Assembly (NCBI GenBank): GCA_964187785.1
Contig: OZ076409.1
Span: 32,862,001-32,926,000, forward strand
Direction: 5' to 3'
Source: Amphiscolops sp. MND2022
Taxonomy: Eukaryota
Length of the DNA stretch: 64,000 nt
Of this stretch, positions 26,001 to 38,849 are shown one piece after another (the first letter of the stretch is position 1; each line of letters begins with the position of its first letter). A model generated the notes under the pieces. That model was given only the letters and a program-made list of their open reading frames with translations. It did not search any database and was not told the origin of the DNA. Position numbers and translations under genes: made by a program.

Positions 26001-29000
26001 TGTGAACTGTGCTACAATGCTTTCTTTTGTTTGCCCCTGATTTTGTCTTTTCTTCAATCTACCCTTTTTATCATTAGTTTTTTAATCATTTATTTCGTTT
26101 TTGTTTCAATTGCATACGCTCCTCTCCTCATTTACGCTCTATCCCATCTTATACTGTAACGTATCGATTTGAGTTTATTTTTGATGTGTGTTTTTTATTT
26201 TAAGTGTTGTTGTTCCCTTCCTGTGGTATCCGATCTTTTTTGCAATCTTCACCTCATACGTTTAAAATAATTACTTGATTTACCTTTTTAATGTGCTTTA
26301 TTCTATTTAATCCTGTCGTTGTTCCAACTCTGTACGTTAATGGAGTATTCAATATTTAGCTAATCCGCACTATTTCATTTGTAAGTGTGATGCTTTTGTT
26401 TAATCTTGAAGTCCAGTGAAGTAATATATACTCGATATATACATTTTTTCACCTCGTAGGTTTTTGAATTAGTTTCATCATCCCGAGTTTTTTTTTCGTT
26501 GTTGAGATAGTATTGGGTATTGAAAACACTTCGTGAAAAACTACCCAAAAACTTTTTCACACCATTTCATAGCAACCTTGATGAAATATCTTTTTCCGAG
26601 CGTTTTTGAGTAAAGGAATGTTTTCGGTGGCGTTTCTCAAGAATGTGCAAGCATCTTGAAACTCGAATTGTCTCATGCAACTGTAAACCCCGTGATCCAA
26701 GCAACTGTTTTTGGTTTTCTATAGTCAATGTTAAGTAATTGTATCAACTTTCATTTACAGTTTTTTTGTAGACGAAATATGGTGGAAGCAATGCATGAAC
26801 AGCATCCGGACTTTTTCAAACAACATCGGAAAAAATTTCGGTACCTGGTGTTGGAAAAGGAACCAAGGATTGGGCTTGATATGCCTTCAGGATCAAATTA
26901 CGCATTTGGAGTTCATTCTTTTACCTCTGATTATCTTTGCGGCTTTGAGAAACAACCACACTACCATGTTCTTTTTGAGTGCGATTCCAGTAATAGAAAA
27001 GGTTACAATGTACCGTGCCTCTATTGAACGTTCTGTCTACTGTTGGCGGATTGTTCGAGTCTCGTCATGCAAGGTGGAATTATGAATCGTCTGCAGGTTG
27101 CAATGAAGTACAACGTAAAAGAAAACAAAACCTTGCCAGCGCAGGGTCGACGCAAAGTTCCTGTTGTTCAAATCAGACGAGACAAAAGTGTTCAAACTGG
27201 TTTTTTACCGACTGCCACGTTTAGCCGATTTCAGCAGTTGATTCAAGGCCCATCAGCTGCAACTTTGTACAGAATCTTAGACATTCTCAATGACGGATAC
27301 GGAAGCATCGACACTACTAATTTGTATTTTTCGATTGACAATTCCAAAACTTTGTAAAGCTTGCACAGTTTATGAGGAATACAATGTGGCAAGAATATAA
27401 TCTTCAAACCAGTGTTTCCTAGTCAAGGAAAAGTCAGTGTTTCCTAGTTTAAGGATTAAAACTGAGCAGTCAGGTATAAATAAATTGGATCATTGTGTAC
27501 TGACAGGTTTGCACTATCAATAAATCATCGGAACGCTGGTCACGCTTAGTAGTAAAAATTGTTTACATGATGAAGTTGCGCCGTTAGATTCAAACGAATT
27601 GGATCATTGTGTAGTGGCATTTTAACGCTGTCATTAATTCATATGAATGTTGCGCATATTGACAGTGTGACGGAAGCTGTCAAAGCATGAAGAAGCAGGA
27701 GTATCAGATTCGCTACACTAGGAAACGAGAACTGGAATTTCATGCATGTAATTTGGTTCTGTACATGTACTGTCTAGCCAATGAGTCAGGTCAGATTTTG
27801 AGATATAGTACTCCAGGGTACAAGCGTGGTTTATTCAAGACTATATACTCAATGATTAAACTGCAACACATGCTTTGTTTGCCGTTGCAAAATTAATTCT
27901 TTTCAACTCCGTCAAGCAACTCGTTTCAACCAGTTCTTTCAAGACTCAAAACTTCACGGTAGAGCAAAAACTTTGATAGAATGTGCCCACTCAAACACAT
28001 TATACTTTGGTTGTTCCCAAATCCAAAGGCGTTTAGTGTTAACCCGAATTATTAACTCTCAAGCTCAGATATCAATCTAGAGAAATAGAAAACGACCAAA
28101 ATGTATATTCGTTTTTGAGTTTTGATTTTTGGTGAACAATTGGGCACATTCTTCAACTTGTCAGCAATTGACCTTCCATGAAACTACCAATGCAGACTTT
28201 CACTGGTGTGTCTGGTAACTCGCGGTTCACATTTTATGAAACTTGGTTCAATAAAACAATAGCAATAATTGAAGAAGCATGGTGGGAGGACGTCTGGTCG
28301 ATAAAAAGCTCAGTTTCAATCCCAAACGATTTGTTTATTCTGCTGCGAGTGGAATGTGTATCGGGAACTAATCCAAACAGCTTCAACCTAACGGACACTG
28401 TAGAAACGCCATTGACTACAACAAAAGTTTATGATCGTTTCTAATTGCCGTATGGTGTACGACAGCTTCTGTTTGACATTGACTGTCGAAATATACCCGT
28501 TTCAGAAAATCAGTTGGGTTGTATGACAGACTTGGAAAATTTAGAAAGTTACTGGGATATAAGAGGTACCCCTGAATCACCACAAGACGCTTCATGTTCT
28601 CTGTCGCCAAATATTGCCGACACAAACCAAGACCAAATTGCTTGTGACAGTCCAATCAAATCAGGAACTAGCCCAGTAAAGGAATGACCGCCAGCGCCAA
28701 AGAAGAATAGAGTTGAAAAATTCAAAAGGACAGCATTGGAAATAGCTAAGCTTGATCTCGCAGACGTTTGACAAACTTTCTTGATGTGATGTTTTATTAC
28801 TTGTTTGTTTGTATCATCGTTCAAATCATTGCTTCAACTTTGTCATTCAAGTCATTTTGTAATAAACTTTTCAGCCATTCTTTTCTACTGCCTAGCTTGA
28901 TCACCTCACAGGAGTAAACTTGTGCAGCTTTGAACCTTTGAATCGCTGAAGAAAATTGATATCGCAGCTTGTCTCAACAATCGGACAGTGGGTGAGAAAA

Positions 29001-29926
29001 AAAACAAAATAGCCAAACCTTGATGGTGAATAACCCTTTACTTATATTTACTCTTCTTGGTGAAGCCAACTCTTTTCAGAAAACGAAAAATGATAAAAAA
29101 ATCTTTTCAGAAAATTAACTTTTCAATGGTAATTTGAATTCAATCCCCTCTTAGACTTTTGTCTTTGAATACAAACTCCAATACGTAGCATTGATTGTTT
29201 CTCAAGGAATGATCGATGGTCTCAGTTAAAATCAAATGTTTCATTGCTCGCTTGACGCGGTAGCCAGATGGAATAATTTCCATCTGTCTCCTGAAAGTTT
29301 TTTCATCTTTGCTCCTGAGGTCTTTCAAGTAAACTGACAAGATGAAAGGACCTTTGAACTCCTTTTTGTTTGGATCCACCAATTCTACAGAGAGCGATAA
29401 GCTTTCTCCGGAACTTGTCTCCAGAATAAGTTCGACCGTTACCTCAATTTAGCCCACGTCTTCACACTGTAGGTGTGTTTTACTAAAGACACACAATTTA
29501 GGTTCTTGCTCACTGACGATAATAGCTGCGAAGGCCTTGAGGTGCTCGAACGCTTCCTTGTCAATTTTTATTATTGCCATGCATTCTCTAGTACAAGTAT
29601 TCGTCAATATGGGTGTGCGAAAACCCACAGTCGAGTCCGAAAAAAATCACATAAATTTGTGTGTACATCATCAGGCATTGTCTGAAGTAGAGCAGACTTT
29701 TTTAAAACTAATTTTCAAGGTCCATGTTTAATCTAGTTCTTTCAAACGTTTGGGTACGACAATCTATTTTCGTACTTTCGATATGAAACCTAACTAATGT
29801 TGATACCCATTTTCCAGTTTCACCGGTAAAACGATGTGACAATGTTTCTTGAAAAGACATCTTTCTAGGCATTCATTCTCACCAAACCATGTTTTATAAT
29901 TTTGACGTCTTTTTCAGAGTTTCTCT

Positions 29927-31106
29927 ATGAAAAGCAACGCTTCAACTTCAAATTTGCCAGAGCAGCGAAACACTGAGGACCACAAGAGTTTCAACCAAAA
30001 TGAAGAGCCAATTGCCAGTTTCAACAAATTGCGAGATGAGGTTCTTTGCTTGAAAACTCTACTCTCTGAATTGCGAGATGAGTTGTGGTCACTAGCGAAA
30101 AAATTCCCCTTACTCAATGTAAAAGTGTTCCAGTACATCCCCTCAATGCAACTTTTTACTGCACAAATGCGAGAAGAGGTATCTGAACTGAGGAATGAGA
30201 TGATTGAGATGAAAAGCGAAAACATTGTCCATGAAACAAGGAATACCTCTGGCTCTACATAAACTCTCGAGGTGTCGAGTAGAAGGATTGGAATAAAAGT
30301 AAACCTCAGCCTAAACTATTCAATGCAGCAAGAAGCAGTGGCGAAATCAAGGAAAACGCAGCAAGCGGTAGCGAAATCAAGGAAAGCAGCTCCGTTAAAC
30401 CTGTGGAAAGAGAAAGTCTAAACGAAGATGTCATAAAGCGTCAAAACAAATTGATTGAAAGTTACTCAAAAAAACATTGTTCCACTTGAACAATTTTCTC
30501 GCCATTTGCTCGAGCGTATAAAAAGTCTGGAATGTGGCCGTAATGGGTCAGTTGTTTGGAAACTCAGTGGCTTCAACCATATTTTCGAGGCGGCGAAAAG
30601 AGCTGAAGTCAAATCAAAAAATGAAAAAGTGCCAACAGATTTTAGTAGTCCAATAATTCTCACAGGTTCTCCCGCATACTCTTTGTATGTGAGACTATTT
30701 CCATTTGGATGCGAGGTGGCAGCTGGCAATCACGTTTCTATTTTTGTTGCCCTAATTCCCGGAATGTATGATGCCATTCTCAAATGGCCATTCAAGTCTA
30801 CAATCAAAATCAGCGTCATTAGTCAACATGATCCTGCTGATAGATCAATAGACGCGATCAATAGTTCCTAGTGAAAAAACTGGGAGCTGCTTCAAGCGTC
30901 CGTCTTCTTGTAAAGGAAACATGTCGGTTGGTATACTGCATTTCCTACCACACAGGTGAGACAACATTAAACAAAATTCGTTGTGAGTAAGTTTGAATAA
31001 AATTGTGATCAATTTTTTTCCAAGCTTGTTACATGGATGCAGCAGAGATCATGGATACCTAAAGGAGGATTCAATGTTCATCGAAGTTCCCTTTTCTGCT
31101 GAATGA
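29927..31106 (+). pseudogene. TRAF-like gene (coiled coil + MATH domain), disrupted, with an intron at 30956-31024
   Basis: VVWKLSGF, SSPIILTG..YSLYVRLFP.G, GNHVSIF..L.PG.YDAILKWPF, CFKRP....N...G...F and GYLKEDSMFIEV are TRAF-MATH hallmarks; frameshift near 30850 and stops upstream. Confidence 0.85.
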
Positions 31107-33865
31107 AGTATTTATTTTGTGAACAAAAATGTCAAGTTCGTTTTGTTTTATAATCCTAAATTTAAATATCAAACTGAACTTTCAACCTAGTTTTCATGAG
31201 CTGCTATAGACGATATGAATGCAAACGTTGACTGATTATACTCAATTATCAGAAAAGTTTCATCAGTGTATATCTTAAAATTTTCCCGATTCAGACTTCT
31301 TTAACTTCAATCGGTAACCTGAGAGCTAAAATTTACAATATCAGTCGTTAGCGGTACGTTATTAAATGATAACATCAGAGAGAGACCTTTTCAAACAAAA
31401 CGGATATCACCTCGTTTATCATTAAACTGGAAAATGGGTATCAAAATTAGTTCGATTCAATATCGAAAGTACGAATATAGATTGTCGTACCCAAACGTTT
31501 GAAAGAACTAGATTAAACATGGACCTTGAAAATTAGTTTTAAAAAAAGTCTGCTCTACTTCAGACAATGCCTGATGGTGTACACACAAATTTATGTGATT
31601 TTCTCTCGGACTCGACTGTGGGTTTTCGCACACCCATATTGACGAACACTACTAAAAAATGCATGGCAATAATAAAAATTGACAAGGAAGCGTTCGAGCA
31701 CCTCAAGGCCTTCGCAGCTTTTATCGTCAGTGAGCAAGAACCTAAATTGTGTCTTTAGTAAAACACACCTACAGTGTGAAGACGTGGGCTAAATTGAGGT
31801 AACGGACGAACTTATTCTGGAGACAAGTTTCGGAGAAAGCTTATCGGTCTCTGTAGAATTGGTGGATCCAAACAAAAAGGAGTTCAAAGGTCATTTCATC
31901 TTGTCAGTTTACTTGAAAGACGTCAGGAGCAAAGATGAAAAAACTTTCAGGAGACAGATGGAAATTATTCCATCTGGCTACCGCGTCAAGCGAGCAATGA
32001 AACATTCAATTCTTACTGAGACCATCGATCATTTCTTGAGAAACAATCAATGCTACGTATTGGAGTTTGTATTCAACGACAGAAGTCTAAGAAAGGATTG
32101 ACTTCAAATTACCATTGAAAAGAAAAGTTAATTTTCTAAAAAGATTTTTTTTATCATTTTTCGTTTTCTGAAAAGAGTTGGCTTCACCTAGAAGAGTAAA
32201 TAGAAGTGAAGGGTTATTCACCATCAAGGTTTGGCTATTTTGTTTTTTTTCTCACCCACTGTCCGATTGTTGAGACAAGCTGTGATATCAATTTTCTTTA
32301 GCGATTCAAAGGCTCAAAGCCGCACAAGTTTACTCTTGTGAGGTGATCAAGCTAGGCAGTGGAAAAGAATGGCTGAAAAGTTTATTACAAAATGACTTGA
32401 ATGACAAAGTTGAAGCAATGATTTGAACGATGATACAAACAAGTTATAAAACATCACATCAAGAAAGTTTGTCAAACGTCTGCGAGATCAAGCTTAGCTA
32501 TTTCCAATGCTGTCCTTTTGAATTTTTCAACTCTATTCTTCTTTGGCGCTGGCGGGCATTCCTTTACTGGGCTAGTTCCTGATTTGATTGGACTGTCACA
32601 AGCAATTTGCTCTTGGTTTGTGTCGGCAATATTTGGCGACAGAGAACATGAAGCGTCTTGTGGTGGTGATTCAGGGGTACCTCATATCCCAGTAACTTTC
32701 TAAATTTTCCAAGTCTGTCATACAACCCAACTGATTTTCTGAAACAGGTATATTTCGACAGTCAATGTCAAACAGAAGCTGTCGTACACCATACGGCAAT
32801 TCGAAACGATCATAAACTATTGTTGTAGTGAATGGCGTTTCTACAGTGTCCGTTAGGTTGAAGCTGTTTGGATTAGTTCCCGATACACATTCCACTCGCA
32901 GCAGAATAAACAAGTCTTTTGGGATTGAAACTGAGCTTTTTATCGACCAGACGTCCTCCCACCATGTTTCTTCAATTATTGCTAGTTTTGTTGAACCAAG
33001 TTTCATAAAATGTGAACCGCGAGTTACCAGACACACCAGTGAAAGTCTGCATTGGTAGTTTCATGGAAGCTCAATTGCTGACAAGTTGAAGAATGTGCCC
33101 AATTGTTCACCAAAGATCAGAACTCAAAAACGAATATACATTTCGGTCGTTTTCTATTTCTCCTCTAGATTGATATCTGAGCTTGAGAGTTAATAATTCT
33201 GCTTAACACTAAACGCTTTTGGATTTGGGAACAACCAAAGTATAATGTGTTTGAGTGGGCACATTCTATCAAAGTTTTTGCTCTACGGGTTGCTTGACGG
33301 AGTTGGAAAGGAATAATTTTGCAACGGCAAACAAAGCATGTGTTGCAGTTTAATCATTGAGTATATAGTCTTGAATAAACCACGCTTGTACCCTGGAGTA
33401 CTATATCTCAAAATCTGACATGACTCATTGGCTAGACAGTACATGTACAGAACCAATTTACATGCAAGAAATTCCAGTTCTCGTTTCCTATTGTCGCGAA
33501 TCTGATACTCCTGCTTTTTCATGCTTTGACAGCTTCCGTCCCACTGTCACAACATGCGCAACATTCATATGAATTAATGACCGTTGAAATGCCACTACAC
33601 AATGATCCAATTCGTTTGAATCTAACGGCGCAATTTCATCATGTAAACAAATTTTACTACTAAGCGTGACCAGCGTTCCGATGATTTATTGATAGTGCAA
33701 ACCTGTCAGTACACAATGATCCAATTTATTCATACCTGATTGCTCAATTTTAATCCTTAAAAAAAAACAATTTTCGCTGTCAAGCACTGGCTGACGTTGA
33801 CAAGGAAACACTGGTTTGAAGATTATATTCATGCCACATTGTATTCCTCATAAACTATGCAAGCT

Positions 33866-34441
33866 TTACAAAGTTTTGGAATTGTCAATCGAAAAATACA
33901 AATTAGGAGTGTCGATGCTTCCGTATCCGTCATTGAGAATGTCTAAGATTCTGTACAAAGTTGCAGCTGATGGGCCTTGAATCAACTGCTGAAATCGGCT
34001 AAACGTGGCAGTTGGTAAAAAACCAGTTTGAACACTTTTGTCTCGTCTGATTTGAACAACAGGAACTTCGCGTCGACCCTGCGCTAGCAAGGTTTCGTTT
34101 TCTTTTACGCTGTACTTCATTGCAACCTGCAGACGATTCAGAATTTCACCTTGCATGACGAGACTCGAACAATCCGCCAACAGTAGACAGAACGTTGAAT
34201 AGAGGCACGGTACATTGTAACCTTTTCTATTACTGGAACCGCACTCAAAAAGAACATGGTAGTGTGGTTGTTTCTCAAAGCCGCAAAGATAATCAGAGGT
34301 AAAAGAATGAACTCCAAATGCGTAATTTGATCCTGAAGGAATATCGAGCCCAATCCTTGGTTCCTTTTCCAACACCAGGTACCGAACATTTTTCCGATGT
34401 TTAAAAAAGTTCGGATGCTGTTCATGCATTGCTTCCACCAT
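33866..34441 (-). CDS. Hypothetical protein with HUH-like motif
   Basis: 191-aa ORF containing YAFGVH...KQPHYHVLF; the left-arm copy (~26779-27357, +) has TCA>TGA at 27025. Confidence 0.55.
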   Translation of the reverse strand: MVEAMHEQHPNFFKHRKNVRYLVLEKEPRIGLDIPSGSNYAFGVHSFTSDYLCGFEKQPHYHVLFECGSSNRKGYNVPCLYSTFCLLLADCSSLVMQGEILNRLQVAMKYSVKENETLLAQGRREVPVVQIRRDKSVQTGFLPTATFSRFQQLIQGPSAATLYRILDILNDGYGSIDTPNLYFSIDNSKTL

Positions 34442-35365
34442 ATTTCGTCTACAAAATAAACTGTAAATGAAAGTTGATACAATTACTTAACATTGACTAT
34501 AGAAAAACCAAAACAGTTGCTTGGATCACGGGGTTTACAGTTGCATGAGACAATTCGAGTTCCAAGATGCTTGCACATTCTTGGGAAACGCCACCGAAAC
34601 ATTCCTTTACTCAAAAACGTTCGGAAAAGGAAGTTTCTTCAAGGTTGCTATAAAATATAAAGGTGTGAAAAAGTTTTTGGGTAGTTTTGCACGAAGTGTT
34701 TTCAATACCCAATACTATCTCAACAACGAAAAAAAAACTCGGGATGATGAAACTAATTCAAAAACCTACGAGGTGAAAAAATGTATATATCGAGTATATA
34801 TTACTTCACTGGACTTTAAGATCAAACAAAAGCATCACACTTACAAATGAAATAGTGCGGATTAGCTAAATATTGAATACTCCATTAACGTACAGAGTTG
34901 GAACAACGACAGGATTAAATAGAATGAAGCACATTAAAAAGGTAAATCAAGTAATTATTTTAAACGTATAAGAGGTGAAGATTGCAAAAAAGATCGGATA
35001 CCACAGGAAGGGAACAACAACACTTAAAATAAAAAAAACACACATCAAAAATAAACTCAAATCGATACGTTACAGTATAAGATGGGATAGAGCGTAAATG
35101 AGGAGAGGAGCGTATGCAATGGAAACAAAAACGAAATAAATTATTAAAAAACTAATGATAGAAAGGGTAGATTGAAGAAAAGACAAAATCAGGGGCAAAC
35201 AAAAGAAAGCATTATATCACAGTTCACATCAAACAAAAACGATTGAGAAAATGGGATGTATCGATGCACGAAAAATGAAATAGAAACAAAAACATTCAAA
35301 AAACCTATTCAACTACGATTAATGGATATGAACTCAGGAACACTAACAAAACTTGTATGCTGCAA

Positions 35366-35731
35366 TTACTTTTGAAATGAGTTGTACAACTTTTCATTCC
35401 TTCTTACCAGCAGTTTTTGCTTCTTGACGTCAGCAGCCCCCGTATAGCTTTGAGCAATCCTCTTATTGGGATTGGGAGGACCCATGCTAATGTTTTCTAC
35501 ATTCGCTATCATTTCCTGAAACTCCTTGACAGTGAGACCCACTCTCTGTTGCAAGCGAAAGTCATCTTGATCCTCTTTTTTCTTGAACAACTTGATGTAG
35601 ATGTATGTAAGACCACTGTCTTTATATGTGTTTGTGGTCACGCGGACAAGTCGTTTATCAGATGATGCCACGTCAATATGGGCATCTCCAAACTCGAGAT
35701 CTTTTGAGGCTGTGAGAGAGCTGAAAGTCAT
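35366..35731 (-). CDS. PC4-like ssDNA-binding protein
   Basis: RLVRVT.NTY..SG.TYIYIKLF.......QQRVGLT..EFQEM...V.NI follows the PC4 strand-strand-helix pattern; most of it is absent from the left arm (~25720). Confidence 0.55.
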   Translation of the reverse strand: MTFSSLTASKDLEFGDAHIDVASSDKRLVRVTTNTYKDSGLTYIYIKLFKKKEDQDDFRLQQRVGLTVKEFQEMIANVENISMGPPNPNKRIAQSYTGAADVKKQKLLVRRNEKLYNSFQK

Positions 35732-38700
35732 CGCTGATTTCTGCTACATTTTGACTGGTGATTATGCTGTTCTACCGGTGATCTCAAGACAAATGTCTGA
35801 AAAAAATTAACTGACAAAAAACTTGAAGTAAACTGAAGCTCAATGACATTTGACACACCAGAGAACTTGTTGCATACAAAACAATGTTTACCAGGCACAA
35901 AACTTTACCACCGAAATGGCTTGCTATTCTTTTTTCATTCACTAAATTTGATGAATGTTTTGAAACAAGATACTAATGATTGAAACAGAATCGAGACCTC
36001 AAAATTCGAATCATTTCCATTCGCTAGTTCATCGTAAACAAAATTTAGTATGGGTTTTTGTTTTGGTCGAGCAGACCGGATGCAAGATTGATATTGGATC
36101 AATAGATCTCTGTAGTTGCCAATTCCATATTGATTAAATAAATCGACACGCTGTGTAAACATGAAAGCGACACCAGAACTTTGTATTTTTTGATTGTTTA
36201 TTACAGTAGCTTCAATAGGCGTGTCCGCGAGTGGCATATAGATCTCCGTAGTTACAAATTCCAGATTGATCAAACAGAGCGACACGCTGTGTAAACATGA
36301 AAGCGACGTCGGCCCTTTGTACTTGTGATTATTCATTAAACAGTAGCTTCAATAGCGTGTCCCGGGTGGCATTTGTTTTTAACATCAGTCAAACAATTAG
36401 AAAATAATTAAGCAAACAGACTCTGCAGAGTGCGACGCTGGATAAGATCAAAAGCGGTACCGACACAGTATGTGTAAATGTTTATTACAGCTGTTGAACG
36501 TACGTCAGCTGGTTTAGTCGAGCTTTTGCGTACTCAATCTGACTCATTTTAAAGTTGCTTTTATAACTGACAAATGTTGTCAGCCTCATGTTGTTGAGAT
36601 TGCATGAATTATGAAAATAGCAACGTATAATATTCAAAACCTTCCATGTAATTCTCGGCATCAAGAAAGAGACAATTTTAGCAGAAAACGTTCACTCTGG
36701 AAAATGGGAAGTGCATGAATATGCAGCTCTAGGCATTGTGAACTTTTTGAAAATATACAGCTCTAAACATTGGGAGATACTTGACTATGTAGTAGTGAAA
36801 AGATCCAGCTGATCTACCGTCAGGCTGGGGCGGTTATGATATGATGTTTGAGACGATATAGACCATACTCTTGATTGGTCACAACTTCACACTATTTAGA
36901 ATCCTCATTCGTAGGTAGATGCATTCTGAAACATTCAATTCTTGGTCAGAGCTCCGTGTCTATATAAAAGCTCCGTGTCTCAGTTGGAGGTATTCAAGAA
37001 GTACCATTGAAAACGAAGATGAGCGTAAGGTTTCCTTTCTGTTCAATCCAAGGCAACCTTCAAAAAACAAAGCTCACTGGCGTGCAATTCTATCAATATG
37101 TAGACTTTTCTCCAACCTTTCAAGCAGTACCTATTCTAATTTGCAGGTAATCGAAAGGAAACCCCGGATTGCATGACATTTTGTTGTAAAAGTTTCCGAA
37201 ATGTCAATTTATTCTATTCTCTGGAAGCAGCTTGAATTATCGGTAAGCATATAATTGGAGTGGTGGAGTTATCATCTTTTTCGACCATCACTAAAATACT
37301 TGAACACAATGAAACCTAGTATCTATTGGTATATGGAATTTATTCTCCAGTTAGGCGGAAACAATGCGGGACTGAACAGCCCTAGATGTAGGTTTTGATT
37401 GTGAAAAAGTATCGAAAGTATCAAAGATCAGAAAACAAGTAACTTGAAGTCTCTTCGCTAGATTTACCTGAGATGACCAGGTTGTGATTTGATCGGGTGG
37501 AATTAACTATCTGTTTTACTTTTTGCTTAAAAATCCAGTACTAAAATTGGCGCAATGGATGTAAACTAGACCTGCAATTGATTACAGACTGTTACACTTG
37601 AGACAAAAGATACCCAAGAATTGAGATGAGAAAGACAAGGTTTAGAAGTTTTGATAGCGTAAATTATTTCTCTTGAAAACCCAAAAATCGGTGATTTCAC
37701 AAGGGATATCTTTCATATTTTTAAATTAACTGCAGTACTAAACGCCTGGATATTGAGATGAATATTACTGGTAGAGAGCCGACTGGTAAAGTTTTTCTTG
37801 ATGGGCACAATAATGTCTCATTTACAGTCTAAAACGAGACAAGTTAAATGCTTGGCTTCTAAATTTCAATAACCCTTCGCTGAAAGGAGCTTCTTACATT
37901 AGTAATATCTTACATTTTTAAGACTTTTATGATCACGATCAGAAGGTGTAAGTACGATGTTTGTCATTGATTAGCAGATATGATGCTCAATTGGAATTGG
38001 TAAGCACGAGCCTTGCTTTTGCCGGCTTTGCTGGTATATAGTCCTGTGTATCCTCGGTTAGCATAAACACTGGTAGCAATGACTATAGTTATACGGATTT
38101 CTGTAAAATGAATTAATTTGCTTCGTATCAAACCGCATAATGCGGCCTAGAATCCATTCATAGCTGTTCAACCAGTGGAATTAAATGACTTTACAAGTCA
38201 GTCATGGGCACTCTTGAATTTGGGTTTCTCATTTCCCATGAATGACTGCCGTTGGAATGAGGTTTACAGAAAGAACATTTCTAATAGTTTGGTTTTAGTT
38301 GTCTTCCACGGTCAAAATCTTGCTGCAAAACTCCATGTTGAAGCAAGTTCCGTTTTCTGTTTTTGTTCGTTTTTGAGATTTTACATGTCCTGAGGAAGTG
38401 TTTACTGGGACCTTTTGCCCTCATGATAGATGATTGAGACGCTTTTAACTAACAAGATTTTTGAATGTTTCACACCATTTCTGGGTTATTTGAAAAATTT
38501 TAAATTTTTCGATTTTTTGCATGTAGATTGTGGAGGGGGGGTTGTGTTCACATTTTTGACATTTATCGTTTTCTTTTGTTTTCTGATGTCAACGATGCGT
38601 TTTTTTTTCATTTTTGTTTGTTCCAGATCCTTTCCCGAGTTTTTGTAAGATTTTCAAAAATTTTCAATTTTTGCATGTAGAGTGTGGAGGGGGGGATGCT

Positions 38701-38750
38701 CACTGGGTATTTATTGGGTTTATATAGAATCTGTATATGCTGGTTGAGAT

Positions 38751-38849
38751 GGTTTCGTGGCATAGTGGTTAGGTCGCTGGCCCATTATTTCAACCGGAGA
38801 GGTTCGAGTCCTGGGAGGGCTCATAGTCTTTGGTAGAAATGAAATTTTT
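38751..38849 (+). ncRNA. tRNA-like Pol III cassette, right-arm copy
   Basis: A box 38758-38768, B box 38801-38811, TTTATATA about 30 nt upstream, TTTTT at 38845-38849; acceptor stem pairs poorly. Confidence 0.5.

Larger units (their letters stand above)
22526..29820 (+). repeat. Left inverted arm (~7.3 kb)
   Basis: Reverse complement of ~31424-38898 with scattered substitutions and indels; similarity fades at about 29820-29860. Confidence 0.95.

Noticed and set aside
36600..38400. Additional spliced gene in the outer part of the arms
   Set aside because: Short ORFs and a few splice-like signals exist, but I could not assemble a coherent protein or recognise a domain.
38751..38823. Functional tRNA gene
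   Set aside because: A and B boxes are present, but the acceptor and anticodon stems do not pair properly; kept as tRNA-like only.
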